Origin: Saprospira grandis DSM 2844
GTDB lineage: Bacteria; Bacteroidota; Bacteroidia; Chitinophagales; Saprospiraceae
Assembly (NCBI RefSeq): GCF_000275825.1
Contig: NZ_JH719942.1
Coordinates: 1,060,988-1,124,987 of the forward strand
DNA: 64,000 bases
Reading direction: 5' to 3'
Shown: piece after piece, positions 1 through 9,448 of the stretch
Numbering within the stretch: the stretch's first letter is position 1
Layout of the letters: each line of letters begins with the position of its first letter
Made by a program: the position numbers and the translations under genes
Notes under the pieces: model-generated
Told to the model about the DNA's origin: nothing
Seen by the model: the letters and a program-made list of their open reading frames with translations, nothing else
Database searches by the model: none

Positions 1-146
1 GGCAAAAACTTCTGCGGTCCCTTGGCCTAGCGATGTGCAGCAGTGGCCGTCAGGCCAGACCAAGGCGCTGCAAGCGCCGCAGGGCCGAGCGAACAGCGAG
101 CTGCGAAACGTAGCGCCCGCAGCCTGCTGCGGGAGGCCCCAAAAAA
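1..146. repeat. GC-rich interspersed intergenic repeat (family member, 'CCCCAAAA' end orientation)
   Basis: Shares the modules cagggccgagcgaacagcgagc...gaaacgtagcgcc...ggaggccccaaaaaa with many other copies in the window. GC is far above the flanks. Confidence 0.6.
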
Positions 147-166
147 TAAAACAAATCCCCTTAAAT

Positions 167-685
167 ATGCGTATATTTACAGTTATTATTTCATTCTTTT
201 TTTTGCTGAGTTGTTCATCTTCTCCAGAAGCTGTGGCCGAGCAGCCTGCGCCGGTGCCTGTAGAAAAAGAAGAAGCCGCCGCTCCACCTGCAGCCGAGCC
301 AGAGCCTATTGCGGTCATAGATAGCAGTGCGCCCAAGCGGGCCCAAAAGCCCAGTTTGCGGCCAGCTTTTCCTCAGTTTGATAGTTTGGCCCATGATTTT
401 GGGGAAATTATTCAGGATTCGGTACTTCGGCATCGCTTTCATTTTGAGAATATTGGAGAGCGGCCTTTAGAGATAGAATCGGTGCAGGGGAGTTGTGGAT
501 GCATACAGGGCAGTCAGCCATTTTTGCCTATTGGGCCGGGCGAAAAAAGTTATATTGATGTCCGTTTTGATAGTCGGGGGCGGCAGGGAGCTGAGTACAA
601 ATACGTTTTGGTTAATTGGAAGGGCAAAGAGGAGCCATTGAAGTTGGAAGTCCGGGCAAAAGTCTTGTTAAAAGAGAAAAAATAG
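167..685 (+). CDS. DUF1573-like lipoprotein (start moved to Met45 of the ORF; upstream part is repeat)
   Basis: Signal peptide MRIFTVIISFFFLLSC. The motif HDFGEI...FxFxNxGxxPLxI..V.GSCGC is typical of DUF1573. Confidence 0.55.
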   Translation: MRIFTVIISFFFLLSCSSSPEAVAEQPAPVPVEKEEAAAPPAAEPEPIAVIDSSAPKRAQKPSLRPAFPQFDSLAHDFGEIIQDSVLRHRFHFENIGERPLEIESVQGSCGCIQGSQPFLPIGPGEKSYIDVRFDSRGRQGAEYKYVLVNWKGKEEPLKLEVRAKVLLKEKK

Positions 686-722
686 TGGTATATTCGAGAA
701 GATAACCAAAAAACTATTTTCG

Positions 723-1436
723 ATGAAAAACTTTATCTTTTTGGCCTTTTTAGGGGCCTTGCTATTGGGGCAAACGGCCTGTAAACGCAGCGTAGAAGGC
801 GAGACGCAGAGCTGGGAGGCCAACAAGGGAAATGTACAGAAGCTATCGGCTAAGTACAGTAATTTTAAGCCTGCATTTGAGGAAATCTTAAAAAAAGCGG
901 AGGCCAAAATGACCGAAGCGCAGGCGATGACTGATGAGAAGGCCAAGATTTCGGCCATGGCCGAGGCCAACTCGATTATTCGGCCCAAATTTGTTCAGGG
1001 CTTAGAAGGGATGGACCGCAAGATTTCTACTTTGGAGGACCTAATGGCCAAGGCGAGTCAGCAATCTACGGACCATAGCGACCGCGATGCCGCTTGGGCA
1101 GCTAAAAGCAGTGGTGAGCGGGCTATTCGGGAGGCTCGTGAGCTTATTCGCGGCGCCAAGGTGAGCTCGGCAGCAGTAGCCGATGGCATTATTAATGATG
1201 CAGAGCGGCAATTGAGTTCGGCCCAAAAGCGCTTGCAAGAAGTGGTCAAAACGGCCCAGAAAAAAGCCGATGAGCAAGAAAAAGCAAAGGCCGATCAGAA
1301 AGCGGAAGAAACCGCTAAGCAAGAAGTTGAAGAGAAAAAAGCTTCGCCCATCAAATGTGGGTACTGCGGTACGATGAACAAGCCTGGCAGCTTAAAATGT
1401 AGCTCTTGTGCTGCCCCCTTAGAGGCCAATAAATAG
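723..1436 (+). CDS. hypothetical lipoprotein with a coiled-coil and a C-terminal zinc-ribbon (CxxC...CxxC)
   Basis: Lipobox LLLGQTAC. The protein is K/E/A-rich and helical, and ends CGYCGTMNKPGSLKCSSCAAPLE. Confidence 0.5.
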   Translation: MKNFIFLAFLGALLLGQTACKRSVEGETQSWEANKGNVQKLSAKYSNFKPAFEEILKKAEAKMTEAQAMTDEKAKISAMAEANSIIRPKFVQGLEGMDRKISTLEDLMAKASQQSTDHSDRDAAWAAKSSGERAIREARELIRGAKVSSAAVADGIINDAERQLSSAQKRLQEVVKTAQKKADEQEKAKADQKAEETAKQEVEEKKASPIKCGYCGTMNKPGSLKCSSCAAPLEANK

Positions 1437-1452
1437 GTGGAACTAGGGGCAT

Positions 1453-1500
1453 AAAAAAGCCGCAAAGGAGAAATTCCTTTGCGGCTTTGCTGTTTTTATT
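1453..1500. terminator. bidirectional rho-independent terminator
   Basis: AAAAAA-GCCGCAAAGG-agaaatt-CCTTTGCGGC-TTTgcTGTTTTTATT. It lies between convergent genes. Confidence 0.6.
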
Positions 1501-2026
1501 GGCCAAAAATCTGCGCCCAATAATAGCCCCATTCGCTATCTTCATCGGCAACAAAGCCTGCACCCATAAAGCGGGCGTCGGGGTCCAGCATATTTTTAAG
1601 ATGGCCAGGGCTGTTGTACCAGAGCTCAAAAACGGCGGCGGCTGTGGCGGTGCCCACCGCAATATTTTCGGACATAGGGAAAAGCTCCGTTTGGCAAAAG
1701 GGCTTAATTTTTTCAAAGGTATCGGCTACTTTTTTTAGTTTTCGGCCTTTGCGGTCATAGAGCCCATGTTCAAAATATCCGTCTATTATCATATCTTTGG
1801 CATGATATCTTGCTGCCCAACTGAGTTCCTTAGACCAGCTGAGGGCTGCCAGCCCCCTAGTTTGTCGAAGTTCATTAACGAGTTCTAGCAACTTTTGCTC
1901 CTCACTCTTATTAGAAGAAGCAATGCGTTCATTGCCCTGCGGCAAGCCCTTAAAACTCTGCGCCTCTAGGCGAAGGGCCGCCATAGAGAGCAAAGTCAAT
2001 AGGATGAAGAAGATTTGAAATTGCAT
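1496..2026 (-). CDS. CAP/SCP/PR-1 superfamily secreted protein (YkwD-like)
   Basis: Signal peptide. The motifs ...YHAKDMIIDGYFEH...ENIAVG...ELWYNSPGHLKNML... resemble the CAP domain. Confidence 0.55.
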   Translation of the reverse strand: MQFQIFFILLTLLSMAALRLEAQSFKGLPQGNERIASSNKSEEQKLLELVNELRQTRGLAALSWSKELSWAARYHAKDMIIDGYFEHGLYDRKGRKLKKVADTFEKIKPFCQTELFPMSENIAVGTATAAAVFELWYNSPGHLKNMLDPDARFMGAGFVADEDSEWGYYWAQIFGQ

Positions 2027-2051
2027 TGCGCTAAAAGTTAAAATTGAAATA

Positions 2052-3521
2052 ATGAAACAGCTATTTTGTCTGCTCGTTTTTTTGGGAGCCAGCCTTTTTG
2101 CTGAAAGTTGGGCCCAGACAAATTCTTGTCAAACGGTAGAACTCTATCTTTATGCCAAAGATAACAGCGGCTTGATTGCAGATGCAAATATTCGCCTTTG
2201 GCGGCCTGCCGATAGCCTGAGTTACCGCCTAAAAACCGATTCTCTGGGCCGTTGTCGGGCTTGTTTGCCCTTGGCCAAAAAGGAATATCAGGTCCAAGTT
2301 CGACACAAAATTTTTTCTACTCAAAATTTTTCGCTGCAACTCGACGGAAGCGATAGTACGATCTATAAAAAAATAGGCCTAGACCGACTGCCGGGCTATT
2401 TGCTCGAGCTCAGTATTACCGAGTTTTTGCAGGGCCAAGGCGATAGCCTAGCCGCTGGCGAATATAGCCTAGAGGGCGTCACGATCGAAATCTATAATAA
2501 AACGCAGTATAAACAGGAGCTCCGCCTAGTGGAACATCCCCATCATGAAATTTCTTTTTTGATGGAGCAGGGCAATGAGTACATTTTTATGCTCCGCAAA
2601 CAGGGCTATTATAGCAAGCGTATGCGGGCCAATGTGAATGTTAATGATTGCATTTTGTGCATGGAGGGCTTTGGAGAGCTTACCCCCGGGGTGGCCGAAT
2701 CGCTCACGCAGGACAATAGCATGGGCACTTTGGTCAGCAATGTAAATTTGAAGCCCTTGGCCGTGGGCGAAAAAATGAAGTTGGACAATATTTACTATGA
2801 TTACGGTAGCTCGCAAATTCGGCCCGAAAGCTATGCCACCCTCGACCAATTGGCCGAGATGATGCGCGACAACCCCAATGTGTATATGGAACTTTCGGCC
2901 CATACCGATTGCCGAGGGAGCAAAGCCTTCAATTTGGAGCTTTCGCAGAATCGGGCCAATAATGTGGTCCAATATATTCAAGAACGCCTCCCCAATGGGG
3001 CCGATCGGGTTAAGGCACAGGGCTATGGCGAGTCTAAACCCCTCAATTCTTGTGTCGATGGCATTAGCTGTAGCGAGGAGTTGCACCAACAAAATAGACG
3101 AACCGAGCTGTTGGTCCTCGATGTGGTCGATGATGAAGATTATATCAACCGCCCGCTGGCCTCAATCATGCAAGAAGAGCTGGAGTCCGAGATTTTGGCC
3201 GCCAATAATAGCTCTTACTTTAAAGAAAAGGACCCTAGCCAGCAAAAAGCACAACAAGAACCCAGCATTCCCGGCCCAATTCCCCCAAATTATAGCGGCT
3301 ACAAAATTGAGCTGAGCCGCAGCCAAGAGAGCCCAGCCCTAGACCACCCTATTTTTATGGCCTTTTCAGAGGTCTTTCTAGATATTGACGAGCAGGGATT
3401 TATCAGTTTTATGGTGGGCGATTACCCCGCCGAGGAGGAGGTCAATAAGGCCCTAGACAAATTTCGTTCACGCTTTTCTAAGGCAAAGGCAGTTTATTAC
3501 AAACTGGGAATTCGACAATAA
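2052..3521 (+). CDS. OmpA-family outer membrane/peptidoglycan-associated protein
   Basis: Signal peptide. OmpA C-like region NIYYDYGSSQIRPESYATLDQLAEMM...SAHTDCRGS...NLELSQNRANNVVQYI...NRRTELLVL. Confidence 0.8.
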   Translation: MKQLFCLLVFLGASLFAESWAQTNSCQTVELYLYAKDNSGLIADANIRLWRPADSLSYRLKTDSLGRCRACLPLAKKEYQVQVRHKIFSTQNFSLQLDGSDSTIYKKIGLDRLPGYLLELSITEFLQGQGDSLAAGEYSLEGVTIEIYNKTQYKQELRLVEHPHHEISFLMEQGNEYIFMLRKQGYYSKRMRANVNVNDCILCMEGFGELTPGVAESLTQDNSMGTLVSNVNLKPLAVGEKMKLDNIYYDYGSSQIRPESYATLDQLAEMMRDNPNVYMELSAHTDCRGSKAFNLELSQNRANNVVQYIQERLPNGADRVKAQGYGESKPLNSCVDGISCSEELHQQNRRTELLVLDVVDDEDYINRPLASIMQEELESEILAANNSSYFKEKDPSQQKAQQEPSIPGPIPPNYSGYKIELSRSQESPALDHPIFMAFSEVFLDIDEQGFISFMVGDYPAEEEVNKALDKFRSRFSKAKAVYYKLGIRQ

Positions 3522-3523
3522 TT

Positions 3524-3686
3524 TTTTGGGGCTGCCCCTGCGGCCTGCGGCCTTGGGTCGGGCTATGTCGCAGCTCGCTGTTCGCTCGGCCCTGCGCTTT
3601 TTCGCTACGCTCAAAAAGCTGGGTCTGGCCTGCGGCCACTGCTATCTATCCCTCAGCCTGCGGCCCTTTGGGCCTGCTAGACGCAA
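3524..3686. repeat. GC-rich interspersed repeat (TTTTGGGGCTGCCCC...GCCTGCTAGACGCAA form)
   Basis: Near-identical to 6981-7193 without the internal insertion. Confidence 0.7.
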
Positions 3687-3798
3687 TTGGACCAAAAAAA
3701 GCCGAGCCTGCAGTAGGCAGACTCGACTTCACTTAATAACCCTAAAACCTTAACCTTTGGCCTAAATTGACTTAAGCCTCTGGAAAACCAAAAAACGC

Positions 3799-4245
3799 TT
3801 ACTGAACATGAATGCTGATTTTCTCCTTTTTAGGCTCCTGATTTTTAGGAACCTCTAGTTGGAGAATGCCATTTTCATAGCTAGCAGTAATACTTTCTAA
3901 GTTGTATTTATTAGATAAACGGAGCTTGCGCTCAAAGGTTGTAAAGGCAAACTCTCTTCGTCTAACTTTAACATTTTCAGGCAGTTCCTTAACATTTTTC
4001 TGGGCCGAGATATGTAGCAGGTCCTTCTCTAGCTCCAATTTAAAGTCTTCTTTTTGGAAGCCTGGAGCCGCTAGTTCTAGCAAAAGGCCAGCTTCTGTCT
4101 CAAAAACATTGAGCATAGGTTGCTGATGGCTTTGGTCTTGGCCAAAAAACTGTTGTAGGGGTTCTTGCTTGAGCAGTTGCTCTAGCTCTTTACCAAATTC
4201 ATTGAAGGGGAACCCAAAGAAGTGATTTGCTTTTGCGTTTTTCAT
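3799..4245 (-). CDS. Hsp20/alpha-crystallin family small heat shock protein
   Basis: Alpha-crystallin domain pattern (...FAFTTFERKLRLSNKYNLESITASYENGILQLEVPK...). Confidence 0.85.
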   Translation of the reverse strand: MKNAKANHFFGFPFNEFGKELEQLLKQEPLQQFFGQDQSHQQPMLNVFETEAGLLLELAAPGFQKEDFKLELEKDLLHISAQKNVKELPENVKVRRREFAFTTFERKLRLSNKYNLESITASYENGILQLEVPKNQEPKKEKISIHVQ

Positions 4246-4449
4246 AACTCTATTATTTTTCTTACTCTTTTACTATTTAAGCTGGCCTTGGGCCAGTATG
4301 TCTATTGAAGCTTCATCCTCTATTAGACAAGTTTGGGACCAAGGGCCAAAAGAAGAAAAACAACTGCCAAAATGGCAAGAAAATAAAGAAAAGGCTGCCA
4401 AAATGGCAAAAACACTAATTTTGAGCTGTCATTTTGGTCCAATTGCGGT

Positions 4450-4598
4450 TTTGCAGGGCGCGCAGCGCCCGCAGGCCTAGCGATGCGGAGGGGGGCGGCG
4501 AAGCCGCAGACCGAGCCAGCTTGCTGGTGAAGGGCCGAGCAGACCTGCGAGCCCCAAAACGTAGCGCCTGCCGTAGGCAGGAGGCCCAAAAAAAATCC
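4450..4598. repeat. GC-rich interspersed repeat
   Basis: Carries the gcctagcgatgcggagg...gaagggccgagcagacctgcgagcc...ggaggcccaaaaaaaa modules. Confidence 0.6.
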
Positions 4599-4625
4599 CC
4601 TCTCTAAACGAAAGGGGATCTAGTT

Positions 4626-6758
4626 TTACTTTTTCAGTTTCATATAATCTTTAAGGATAAAGGCGACCTCTTCGAGGTAAGCGTCTTTTTCTAGGCCGGC
4701 ATGCCATTTCTCAAAGCTTTTGGCCTTCACGCTATCGAGAGCGATTTGCTCCTTATCGGCCTTGAGGTTATAGATAGAAAAGTCCTCAATTTTGGGCATC
4801 ATATCCTTATACTGTTCGGCCTCTTTATCGGTTTTGGCCTGATGGGCCTCATAATCTTCTAGCTGAAGTGGATAAACGGTTTCGCCTTGTTGTTTTTCCA
4901 GCCATTTTCCGTGCTCTTCTAGCAGCTGGAAAGTTTTGCTTTTTGCTTGGCGTTTTGCGCTTTTGCTTTGCAGTTTGGGCAAGGCCTTCATTTTCTTTTT
5001 ATGGTAATTGGCGGGATCAATTTCGGACCAAGCCATGGGATAATCCTCATCTTTTTCGCCTACTTTGAGGTAGCTATAGCTACCGGGCAGCACGATATCG
5101 GGTTCAACCCCTTTGAGTTGGGTAGAGCCGCCATTGATACGATAGAACTTTTGGATCGTAATTTTGAGGCTACCGAGTGCGCCTAAATCTTTGTAGCGAG
5201 GCGGCACCACTGCGTCTAGGTCCATAAAGCGCTGCACAGTTCCCTTACCAAAAGTAGAGGGGCTGCTGCCGACAATAATGGCGCGGCCATAGTCCTGCAA
5301 AGCGGCGGCCATAATCTCGGAAGCCGAGGCAGAATAGGCATTTACGAGAATAATGAGGGGGCCCTTATAGAGGGCGCCGGCCTCTTTATCTTCTAGTACA
5401 TAGGGGCGATTATCGCGGCTTTTGACCTGTACCACGGGGCCACGGTCAATAAATAGGCCAGTCATTTTGACCACATCAGAGAGCGAGCCGCCACCATTAA
5501 AGCGCAGGTCGATGACGATGCCATCAATATTTTCTTGGAGTAATTTGCGGACCTCCAATTCCACATCGGTAGCACAGCGGCGGCCTTTGGGGTCTTGAAA
5601 ATCGGCATAAAAGCTACGCAGATCAATGAGGCCCATTTTCACGCCGGCCTTTTTGTGTTCTACGATAGCCGATTTGGCATAACTTTCTTCTAGGACCACC
5701 ACATCGCGGATGATTGGAATCACCTTAGTTTCGCCACTTGTTTTCTTGACGGTTAGGCGCACCTCGGTGCCTTTTTTGCCTCGAATCATGGGTAAAACGT
5801 CATCAATGCGCATATCTACTACATTGACGGCTTCTTCATTGCCTTGGGCCACCTTAACAATTTTGTCATTGACCTCTAGCTCGCCTTGTTTCCAAGAGGC
5901 TGATCCGGGCACAATATTCACCACCTTAATGTAGCCATCTTCTTGGCGAAGCTGGGCACCGATTCCCTCCAACTTGCCCGACATACGGATATTAAAGTTT
6001 TCTTTTTCTAGTGGGGGGAAATAGCCAGAGTGCGGTTCGTGGGCATTGGCAAAAACATTAACATAATTGGCAATACGGTCGTCGCGGCTATCTTTCTTAA
6101 TATTTTCGGACCATTCTCGGTAGCTTTTGAGTAGCTTTTCGCGTTCCTCTTTTTCTATTTCCTCAAAGGTTTTGATCTTATCAACTTCTTGGGCTTTTTC
6201 TTGGGCTTTTTCTTGTCGCTCTAGGCGGTCGTGCACACGGCCAAGGACCTGCAATTTGAGGTAATCCTCCCAGCGGGCTTTTAGTTCTTCGGGGTCCTTG
6301 AGGAACTCTAATTTTTCGCCATCCATTTGAAACTCGCCTTTTTGGGCAAAGCGAAAGGGTTTGGCCAAAATGTCTTCATAGTAGCCTTCTACCTGCTTAA
6401 TTCTTTGGTCAAAAGTGTTATTGACCAGATTAAAAAAGCTAAAATCGCCAGCTTGGGCGGCATCATCGAGTTTAAATTTGAAGTCTTCAAACTTTTTGAC
6501 ATCATCGGCCAAGAAAAAGCGCTTATTGAGGTCCATCCGCTTCAGGTAAAGAGTATAGACCTTTTCAGAAAACTCATCATTGATGGCTTCTGGCGCATAA
6601 TGGTTGTAGCGCATACTTTGGAGCAGCACTTCGAGCAGCAGTTCTTCTCGGTTAGAGAGGTCCCCACTAATTTGGGGTTGATTATTTTGCCCTTGCTGCC
6701 AGCGGAAGGCAATGAGTAGGCTACAAGCGGCAGTAATTAAGAGGAGTTTACGGATCAT
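4626..6758 (-). CDS. prc: S41 family carboxy-terminal processing peptidase (tail-specific protease)
   Basis: PDZ plus S41 core (GLIDLRSFY...IDLRFNGGGSLSDVV...GPLIILVNAYSASASEIMAAALQDYGRAIIVG). 710 aa, N-terminal signal. Confidence 0.85.
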   Translation of the reverse strand: MIRKLLLITAACSLLIAFRWQQGQNNQPQISGDLSNREELLLEVLLQSMRYNHYAPEAINDEFSEKVYTLYLKRMDLNKRFFLADDVKKFEDFKFKLDDAAQAGDFSFFNLVNNTFDQRIKQVEGYYEDILAKPFRFAQKGEFQMDGEKLEFLKDPEELKARWEDYLKLQVLGRVHDRLERQEKAQEKAQEVDKIKTFEEIEKEEREKLLKSYREWSENIKKDSRDDRIANYVNVFANAHEPHSGYFPPLEKENFNIRMSGKLEGIGAQLRQEDGYIKVVNIVPGSASWKQGELEVNDKIVKVAQGNEEAVNVVDMRIDDVLPMIRGKKGTEVRLTVKKTSGETKVIPIIRDVVVLEESYAKSAIVEHKKAGVKMGLIDLRSFYADFQDPKGRRCATDVELEVRKLLQENIDGIVIDLRFNGGGSLSDVVKMTGLFIDRGPVVQVKSRDNRPYVLEDKEAGALYKGPLIILVNAYSASASEIMAAALQDYGRAIIVGSSPSTFGKGTVQRFMDLDAVVPPRYKDLGALGSLKITIQKFYRINGGSTQLKGVEPDIVLPGSYSYLKVGEKDEDYPMAWSEIDPANYHKKKMKALPKLQSKSAKRQAKSKTFQLLEEHGKWLEKQQGETVYPLQLEDYEAHQAKTDKEAEQYKDMMPKIEDFSIYNLKADKEQIALDSVKAKSFEKWHAGLEKDAYLEEVAFILKDYMKLKK

Positions 6759-6980
6759 AACTATAGTTCTATTGATTAAGCGGAGGGCAAAAAAGAAGAT
6801 AGTGTATTTTTGTTAAAATTTGCAGTTTCTAGATTTGGTTGGCTCGTAAAATAGGGCCATTCATTTTGCTTTAACAAATTTTAATACGCTAGAACGATAT
6901 TTTTAGTTGATTTCTTAGAAAAATTTGGGCCAAATCAATTTTGCCTTAAGCAAAAGTCTTTTTATTTCTTTTTTCATTTT

Positions 6981-7193
6981 TTTTGGGGCTGCCCCGCCCT
7001 TTGGGCGGGTCGGGCTATGTCGCAGCTCGCTATTCGCTCGGCCCTGCGCTTTTTCGCTACGCTCAAAAAGCTGGGTCTGGCCTGCGGCCACTGCTATCTA
7101 TCCCTCAGCCAGATTTAATTGCGCTGCTTTGGCTATAGTTTGCTATGAATTTTTGGCTATGGCCTGCGGCCCTTTGGGCCTGCTAAACGCAAA
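6981..7193. repeat. GC-rich interspersed repeat with a nested ~55-bp insertion (AGATTTAATTGCGCTGCTTTGGCTATAGTTTGCTATGA...)
   Basis: Aligned by eye to 3524-3686 and 18043-18385. Confidence 0.7.
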
Positions 7194-7241
7194 AGCCCCA
7201 ATTTGCTAGAGCAAATTGGGGCTTGGGCCGGGGGCTAGGCT

Positions 7242-7859
7242 TTATTGTACGGCTTCATTGAGGACTTGGAGGCGTTGAGACACTTCTTGTCCAGCCTCAT
7301 TATAGAGGCGAAAAATGTAGTAGCCATCTTCAAAAGTTTTGAGATTGATGGCCTTATAATTATTTCCTGGCGTCAGTTGCATTTTATTTTGGGCCACTAA
7401 TTCTAGGCTTTGGGCCTCATAAATTTCAAAGTCGAGCTCTTGAGCTTCTTGAGCTTTCACGCCAAAAAGGAAATAGCCTTCTTGCACGGGTTCTGGCGAC
7501 ATACTGAGGGTCACGGGCAATTCCTTTTGTTTATTTTCGGCCCCCATCAGGCTAGCGAGCAGCCGTTGGCTAAAGGCGGCATCGCCTGCGCTTCGGTCTG
7601 CGGGAGCTAGAGCCTCGATAGGTTCTTTAAAGAGCTCGGCGGGAATTTGGTCCTCTACTTTACTAATGGGCAGGCTTTCAAATTTTTCTACAACCAAGGT
7701 TTTTACATCTAACCGACCTCTTTGGGCAGACTCGGTAATAATCGTTTCGGTTTTAATGGCAGTAGCAGCACTATCTTCTGCATTTTCGCAGTCACATTGG
7801 CAGCCATAGGCCAAAAAAGCCATTGTGGCAGAAAGGTAAATTGCTTTTTTAAACATCAT
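7242..7859 (-). CDS. small secreted/lipoprotein paralog with T9SS C-terminal sorting-domain-like end (1 of 4)
   Basis: Lipobox. C-terminus ...FEIYEAQSLELVAQNK...GNNYKAINLKTFEDGYYIFRLYNEAGQEV... matches the T9SS CTD pattern. Confidence 0.5.
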   Translation of the reverse strand: MMFKKAIYLSATMAFLAYGCQCDCENAEDSAATAIKTETIITESAQRGRLDVKTLVVEKFESLPISKVEDQIPAELFKEPIEALAPADRSAGDAAFSQRLLASLMGAENKQKELPVTLSMSPEPVQEGYFLFGVKAQEAQELDFEIYEAQSLELVAQNKMQLTPGNNYKAINLKTFEDGYYIFRLYNEAGQEVSQRLQVLNEAVQ

Positions 7860-7956
7860 TTTAATTTTAGGGCCAATAATCGGTTAAAAAAAAGAGCGTA
7901 CTGTATGTACAGCCGCTCTTTTCAAATATTTCGTTTAGGCAAAAACAGCCTAAGAA

Positions 7957-8499
7957 TTAGTCACGTTTGATCACAACTGTATTAGTCATTTCTTTACCTG
8001 CTTCGTCTTTTAGCTTGAAGAAATACTTCCCTTCTTCTAGGCTAGTTACGTTGAGGGCTTTGTAGTTGTGGCCTTGGTTGAGGCTAAACTTGTTGTTGGC
8101 GGCTAGTTCGAAACCTTCTTCATCGTACATCTCGAACATAACATTTTTAGCTTCTTCTGCTTTGAGGCCAAAAACGAACATATCGTCAACGGCTTTATCT
8201 TCCATGGTGAGTTCGACGCCAGCAAGCTGGTCTTCTTTTTCGGCAGACATCAAAGAGCTGTGAATATCGTTTACTGCATCTTCGCTTTGCTTAGCGTTTG
8301 CTTTTTTGGCTTCTACAACAAAAACGTCTTCAGCAGTAATCGCTACATCTGCGCCTTGGAACTGAACAGTTTGTACACCACGAGTGCTATTTACATTTTT
8401 GATATTTACGGCAGTAGCAGCTTGTTGGTTATCAGAGCCACAAGAGCCCATAGTGAATAGTACAGCGGCAGCGAGGAGGAAGCTTGACAACTTTTTCAT
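7957..8499 (-). CDS. small lipoprotein paralog with T9SS CTD-like end (2 of 4)
   Basis: MKKLSSFLLAAAVLFTMGSCGSD. C-terminus FEMYDEEGFELAANNKF...NYKALNVTSLEEGKYFFKLKDEAGKEM... Confidence 0.5.
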   Translation of the reverse strand: MKKLSSFLLAAAVLFTMGSCGSDNQQAATAVNIKNVNSTRGVQTVQFQGADVAITAEDVFVVEAKKANAKQSEDAVNDIHSSLMSAEKEDQLAGVELTMEDKAVDDMFVFGLKAEEAKNVMFEMYDEEGFELAANNKFSLNQGHNYKALNVTSLEEGKYFFKLKDEAGKEMTNTVVIKRD

Positions 8500-8663
8500 A
8501 AGAGGTGGTTTTAATGTGATAGTAAATAATAGGTTTTGGCTTTTAGAGCCAGTTGTTTTGGGTTTATTGCGGTTAAAACGATGGGGTTTAATCCGCTCTA
8601 TATATGTTTATGGCAAAAGTACTGACTTTGTTACCTTTAAATCGGTTTTTTTTTCATTTTTTT

Positions 8664-9206
8664 TCAGACTTCCACTAAACCTAAATAGATTATTTCTAGA
8701 GAATTGGCCAGAAGTAGGATATAGGGGCCAGATTCTAGGCTAGCTGTAGGAATGAGCAGATTGGTTTTTCCTTTGGGTACTGCGGTAGTTTCTTTAGCTA
8801 GGCGATTAAATCCGTCTTGGTCAAAAAACTGAAGTTCTAGGTCCATTTCTTTGGTGGTAGCTAGCTCTAGGTAGAGGTAATCATTACCTTCTTTTTTGTA
8901 GGCTAGTTGAATAGGGCTTTCGTTTAGTTGGTTGGCCTTAGCGAGCAGCTCTCTAAATTGTGCTTGGCTTTTGCTTGATAGGCTTCCCTTGCCTCTCAAA
9001 AAGAGTTTAACTTCTTTCAGTTCTCGATCGACGGTTATTAAGCGTTGAAGCCTTGGAAAATCAGAAAAGTGGACCTGCTGTCCTCTAACACTACTATCTG
9101 CCTGCAAGCCTTCAATATTGACTTCTGGCCTAGGGGCTGGCCCTGGTCCACAAGCGCTGACCAAAAGAAGCAGGACAAAATAAATAATGCGATGTTTTAG
9201 ACACAT
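8664..9206 (-). CDS. small lipoprotein paralog with divergent T9SS CTD-like end (3 of 4)
   Basis: Lipobox LLLLVSACG. C-terminus LQFFDQDGFNRLAKETT...SLESGPYILLLANSLEI... Confidence 0.4.
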   Translation of the reverse strand: MCLKHRIIYFVLLLLVSACGPGPAPRPEVNIEGLQADSSVRGQQVHFSDFPRLQRLITVDRELKEVKLFLRGKGSLSSKSQAQFRELLAKANQLNESPIQLAYKKEGNDYLYLELATTKEMDLELQFFDQDGFNRLAKETTAVPKGKTNLLIPTASLESGPYILLLANSLEIIYLGLVEV

Positions 9207-9384
9207 TGGGAGTGATGTTTATAGACAGCTTGTCTATCGTTTAGAAGTGTAATTCAGTTGTCAAACAGTTGCTTAGCTCCTGTAGGGAATTTAGAGAGGA
9301 GGTTTTCTTTTTTAGGTCACGGAATAACACTTCTTGAGAAGTTAAATATAAGCATATTTAATGAGCCTTTAAGGTATTTTATCA

Positions 9385-9420
9385 CAAAAAAGGACAGCTT
9401 TTCAAGTGGCTGTCCTTTTA
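9385..9420. terminator. bidirectional hairpin terminator
   Basis: AAAAAA-GGACAGC-ttttcaagtg-GCTGTCC-TTTTA. Confidence 0.55.
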
Positions 9421-9448
9421 GGGGGTATAGGCTTATATTGAGGCTAAA

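Noticed and set aside
3526-3753. ORFs of 60-130 aa lying entirely within the GC-rich intergenic repeats (for example 3526-3753, 4298-4589, 6925-7209, 10295-10678, 15292-15480, 33081-33320, 35155-35436, 42325-42534, 53902-54222, 59302-59906)
   Set aside because: They are translations of a high-GC repetitive element present in many copies and both orientations. They have no start context and Arg/Ala/Gly-rich low-complexity products, so they are not genes.
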